Positions 60,751 to 64,000 of a stretch of 64,000 nucleotides of DNA are shown in pieces. Origin of the DNA: Pseudomonadota bacterium (GTDB lineage Bacteria > Pseudomonadota > Alphaproteobacteria > Caulobacterales > Caulobacteraceae); assembly GCA_963205025.1 (NCBI GenBank), contig CAUJHO010000005.1, positions 56,708 through 120,707 on the forward strand. The letters run 5' to 3'. The notes beneath the pieces are model-generated. The model saw nothing but the letters and a program-made list of their open reading frames with translations, was not told the origin of the DNA and ran no database searches. Both the position numbers and the translations under genes were made by a program. Numbering within the stretch: position 1 is the stretch's first letter; every line of letters begins with the position of its first letter.

Positions 60751-60825
60751 ATTGATCGAGTAACGGCTCGGGATCACACGCCATTCCCGCAGTATCACCC
60801 GACCGCCGCCGACGGGGACAAATCG

Positions 60826-61275
60826 TCAGGTCGCCGACGCCCTGAGCGCCGCCAGCCGGGCAAAGGCAAGGGTCAGCGCCTTTCGGCGTGCCGGCGCGAG
60901 CGGGGACGGAGCCGCCGGCCGGACCACCGCGCCACCGAAGCCGTCGGCCACGATCAGGCCCGGCTCATCGGGCAGGACGCTCAGCGGAAACTCTGGCGCG
61001 ACCGCGAAATAATAGGCGTCGCAATAGGGCAGGTAATCGCCCCACTTCTGGTCGGCGCGGAAGTCTTCGAGAGAGGATTTGACCTCACAGATGGCGATCT
61101 CGCCGCGTGGCCCCAGGGCCATGACGTCGGCGCGGCGGCCGTTCGGCAGCTTGACCTCAAGCAGACAGACAAAGCCCAGATCGGCCATGGCGCGCGCGGC
61201 CCCGCGCGTCACCGCCTCGGTGACGACCGGCCGGACGCCGGACAGGACCAGGGTTTCGACCTTCAGCAGAGCCAT
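60826..61275 (-). CDS. mmcB: DNA repair putative endonuclease MmcB
   Basis: GRRADVMAL, EVKSSLEDFRADQKW..Y..YCD.YYFAV and LAPARRKAL motifs. Confidence 0.93.
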   Translation of the reverse strand: MALLKVETLVLSGVRPVVTEAVTRGAARAMADLGFVCLLEVKLPNGRRADVMALGPRGEIAICEVKSSLEDFRADQKWGDYLPYCDAYYFAVAPEFPLSVLPDEPGLIVADGFGGAVVRPAAPSPLAPARRKALTLAFARLAALRASAT

Positions 61276-61287
61276 GCCGACGCAGAT

Positions 61288-61302
61288 GTTCGCTCTGCGT
61301 TT
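61288..61302 (-). promoter_or_regulatory. LexA (SOS) box candidate for mmcB
   Basis: GTTC-gctctgc-GTTT 12 nt upstream of the ATG; mmcB is a known SOS gene in Caulobacter. Confidence 0.75.
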
Positions 61303-61376
61303 TGGCTGTCAAGCGCTCAGGAGGAGGTGCCGACGGCCAGGGTGAGCCAGATGAACTTCAGTGTCTGCATGGGAAC

Positions 61377-61898
61377 TCAGCCGCCTGTCTGTACGGCGTT
61401 GGAGGTGTTGTAGCCCAGCGCCCGAACCCGGGCGAGCAGGGCGGCGCGGTTGGCCGGATTGGCGGAACGTGTCCACAGCCAGAAATAGTTTCCGCCCGGC
61501 GTCCCCAGGATGGCCCAGGAATAGTCGTCGGCCCGGTCCAGCACCCAGAACTCCTGGGCGACCCCGACGAAGCCGGCGGCCCCGGAGGTGGCCCGGAAGC
61601 GCAGCCGGTTGTTGGCGCTGTTGAGCGATGTCGCGCTCGAGCGCGAGACCTGGGGGTTCCCCGAGGCACGGTTGCAGGTGGAGGTCAGGCCATAGGCCCC
61701 GTTGCTGCCCGGCGCGATGTCGATCTGCAGGCGGGTGCAGGTCGGCTGATTGCGGTTGGGGGTTCGGGCGATTTCGTACCAGCGGCCGTCAAAATCCGAC
61801 AGGGTGACCGAGCGCGCAGGCGCGGGCGCATCGGCCAGGGCCGTGCCGGCGAATACCGTCAGGGCCGCCGCAGCGGCGATGATCTTCATGGACGACAT
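61377..61898 (-). CDS. Lipocalin (Blc-like), signal peptide without lipobox Cys
   Basis: [12 protein letters not shown] and [12 protein letters not shown]...YFWLWTR motifs. Confidence 0.9.
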   Translation of the reverse strand: MSSMKIIAAAAALTVFAGTALADAPAPARSVTLSDFDGRWYEIARTPNRNQPTCTRLQIDIAPGSNGAYGLTSTCNRASGNPQVSRSSATSLNSANNRLRFRATSGAAGFVGVAQEFWVLDRADDYSWAILGTPGGNYFWLWTRSANPANRAALLARVRALGYNTSNAVQTGG

Positions 61899-61999
61899 GG
61901 TCGGATCCCTCGTTGTGCCCCAAATCTGAGGGTAGCAACGCGCGAACCGCCCTTATAGATGCAAGGGTGGCGGCATTTAGGCGCGTCGGAGGGATTCGT

Positions 62000-63571
62000 A
62001 TGGCGAATGAGGCGAGTTCGCCTCCCGGAGACAATGCCGCGCCGTTCTCGGTGTCGGAATTGTCGGCGGCGCTGAAGCGCACCGTCGAGGAGCGGTTCGG
62101 CTATGTCCGCCTGCGCGGAGAGATCTCCAAGGTCACGCGCCACGCCTCGGGCCATGTCTATCTGACGCTGAAGGACGAGAACGCCTCGATCGACGGGGTG
62201 ATCTGGCGCGGCGTGGTGTCGCGCCTGGAATGCCATCCGGATCAGGGCCTTGAGGTGATCGTCACCGGCAAGATCACCACCTATCCGTCCCGGTCGTCCT
62301 ATCAGATCGTCATCGACAGCATGGAGCCGGCGGGGGTCGGAGCCCTGCTGGCCCAGCTGGAACGGCTGAAGGCCCAGCTTCGTGGCGAGGGTCTGTTCGA
62401 TCCGGCCCGCAAGAAACCGATCCCGGCGATCCCGACCGTGATCGGTGTGATCACCTCTCCGACCGGGGCGGTGATCCGCGACATTTTGCACCGCATCCGC
62501 GACCGCTGGCCGTGCCGGGTTCTGGTCTGGCCCTGTGTCGTTCAGGGCGACCAGGCCGCCCGTCAGGTGGCCCAGGCCGTGCGCGGTTTTGCGGCCCTGC
62601 CCGAAGGCGGGGACATTCCGCGCCCGGATGTGCTGATCGTGGCGCGCGGGGGCGGCTCCATCGAGGACCTCTGGCCGTTCAACGACGAGGCGCTGGCGCG
62701 CGCGGTGGCCGACTGTCCCTTGCCGGTGATTTCGGCGGTCGGCCATGAGACCGACACCACCCTGATTGACTTCGTTTCGGATCGCCGGGCACCGACCCCG
62801 ACGGCGGCCGCCGAAATGGCAACGCCGGTGCTCAGCGACCTGAAGGCCGAGATCGCCGATGCCGAGCGCCGCCTGCAGCGGGCCGCCGGTCGGATGGTCG
62901 AGACGCGGCGGGCGGCCCTGACGGGCGCGGCGGCGCGCCTGCCGTCGATGGCGGATCTGTTCGGACGCCGGGATCAGAGGCTGGACCTGGCCTCGACGCG
63001 GCTGGCCTCGGGATTGCGCGCCCATATCGCCGCCCACGACCGGCGGCTGGCGGCGGTGGCGGCGCGGCTGACGCCTCAGGGGCTGATGCGACCCATCGCC
63101 TTGCAGGCCGAGCGTCTGGCGGCGCTGGACCGGCGGGCGATCCAGGCGTTGCAGCGCGATATCCGAGACCGCGATCTCAGGCTTCAGGGCGCGGCGCGGC
63201 GTCTGCCGTCGATGCAGCGGCCGGTGCGGCTGGCACAGGAGCGGCTGGAGGATATGTCGGGACGGGCCTCACGCTCGCTCGACCGCGTTCTGACGCAACA
63301 GTCGGAGCGGCTGGATCGGTTGGGGCGGCTGCTGGGATCGCTCAATCCCGATGGCCCGCTGGACCGCGGTTTTGCGCGTGTGCATCACGCCGATGGCCGG
63401 CTGGTCCGCACCGCCGCCGCCCTGTCGCCGGGTGAGGCGGTGTCGCTGCACTTCCGCGACGGCGAACGCCAGGCGGTCGTCGAGGCAGGCGTGCCGCCGC
63501 CGGCGACGGCCCGGAAGGCCAGGCCAAGACCGCAAACCCTGCCGGCGGCTGACCAGGGTGACCTGTTCTAG
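62000..63571 (+). CDS. xseA: Exodeoxyribonuclease VII large subunit
   Basis: [43 protein letters not shown] and VGHETD motifs. Confidence 0.97.
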   Translation: MANEASSPPGDNAAPFSVSELSAALKRTVEERFGYVRLRGEISKVTRHASGHVYLTLKDENASIDGVIWRGVVSRLECHPDQGLEVIVTGKITTYPSRSSYQIVIDSMEPAGVGALLAQLERLKAQLRGEGLFDPARKKPIPAIPTVIGVITSPTGAVIRDILHRIRDRWPCRVLVWPCVVQGDQAARQVAQAVRGFAALPEGGDIPRPDVLIVARGGGSIEDLWPFNDEALARAVADCPLPVISAVGHETDTTLIDFVSDRRAPTPTAAAEMATPVLSDLKAEIADAERRLQRAAGRMVETRRAALTGAAARLPSMADLFGRRDQRLDLASTRLASGLRAHIAAHDRRLAAVAARLTPQGLMRPIALQAERLAALDRRAIQALQRDIRDRDLRLQGAARRLPSMQRPVRLAQERLEDMSGRASRSLDRVLTQQSERLDRLGRLLGSLNPDGPLDRGFARVHHADGRLVRTAAALSPGEAVSLHFRDGERQAVVEAGVPPPATARKARPRPQTLPAADQGDLF

Positions 63572-63771
63572 CTGCGGAGCCGCCCGACGATCATGACGGC
63601 CAGGGCACCGGCCCCAAGGATCGGCCAGGCCAGCGCATAGCCGGCGGCGGGGAGCCAGGCCTGACGAGGGGGCAGGGGATCGGTCCCGCGCCCCACGATG
63701 GCGAGGATGCCGGCCCAGGTCGCAATCGTTCCCAGTCCGTAGAGGCCAAGGCCCACAAGCGCTGCGCTCAA
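63568..63771 (-). CDS. Small two-TM hypothetical protein
   Basis: 67 aa, two hydrophobic helices; TTG start after GAGG, downstream of dnaJ. Confidence 0.6.
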   Translation of the reverse strand: MSAALVGLGLYGLGTIATWAGILAIVGRGTDPLPPRQAWLPAAGYALAWPILGAGALAVMIVGRLRS

Positions 63772-63788
63772 GGGGCCCTCCTCAAGGC

Positions 63789-64000
63789 CTAGGCATTGCC
63801 TTCGGTCAGGCCGGACCAGAAGCTCCTGGCCTTCTTGAAGAAGCCGGCGTGGCGGGGCTGCTGCTTGTCGCCACAGGTTTCGGACAGTTCGCGCATCAGT
63901 TCCTTCTGGCGCGCGGTCAGATTGGTCGGCGTCTCGACGAACAGCTCGACGACGAGGTCGCCGCGACGGCGGCCCTGCAGGTCGGGCATGCCCTTGCCGC
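63789..64000 (-). CDS. dnaJ: Chaperone DnaJ, C-terminal end (gene continues beyond the window)
   Basis: GKGMP...RGDLVVELFVETPTNLTARQKELM...GFFKK is the DnaJ C-terminal signature. Confidence 0.85.
   Translation of the reverse strand, partial: GKGMPDLQGRRRGDLVVELFVETPTNLTARQKELMRELSETCGDKQQPRHAGFFKKARSFWSGLTEGNA

Overview
High-GC alphaproteobacterial chromosome segment. The gene set and synteny (podJ-TauE-TIGR02186-pdeM-Lhr, regB/regA-SCO, ffh-rpsP-rimM) point to Caulobacteraceae, most like Brevundimonas (inference). About 63 CDSs, mostly core: argD/argF/argH, podJ, Lhr-PdeM, sdhB-selO, a LiuR/acyl-CoA dehydrogenase cluster, ffh-rpsP-rimM, clpB, nrdA/nrdB, icd, alaS, dapF, regB/regA, mmcB, xseA and the 3' end of dnaJ. 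I see no tRNA, rRNA, CRISPR array, integrase or transposase. The standout is a low-GC two-gene cassette right behind clpB (36387-37960). It encodes a tandem MazG-like NTP pyrophosphatase (degenerate domain plus catalytic-looking domain, each ending in a CxxC-x4-CxC motif) translationally coupled to a single-TM helical protein. A MITE-like repeat flanks it, and it is a candidate undescribed anti-phage/conflict system. Secondary signals: three families of intergenic repeats (two copies bury the downstream ribosome-binding site in a hairpin), LexA-, NrdR-, LiuR-, CtrA- and Fur-like boxes read by eye, an orphan sdhB coupled to selO, a PodJ without an obvious C-terminal peptidoglycan-binding domain, and a Phd-like domain fused to DUF2939. 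All family calls come from motif recognition by eye; no database searches were run.
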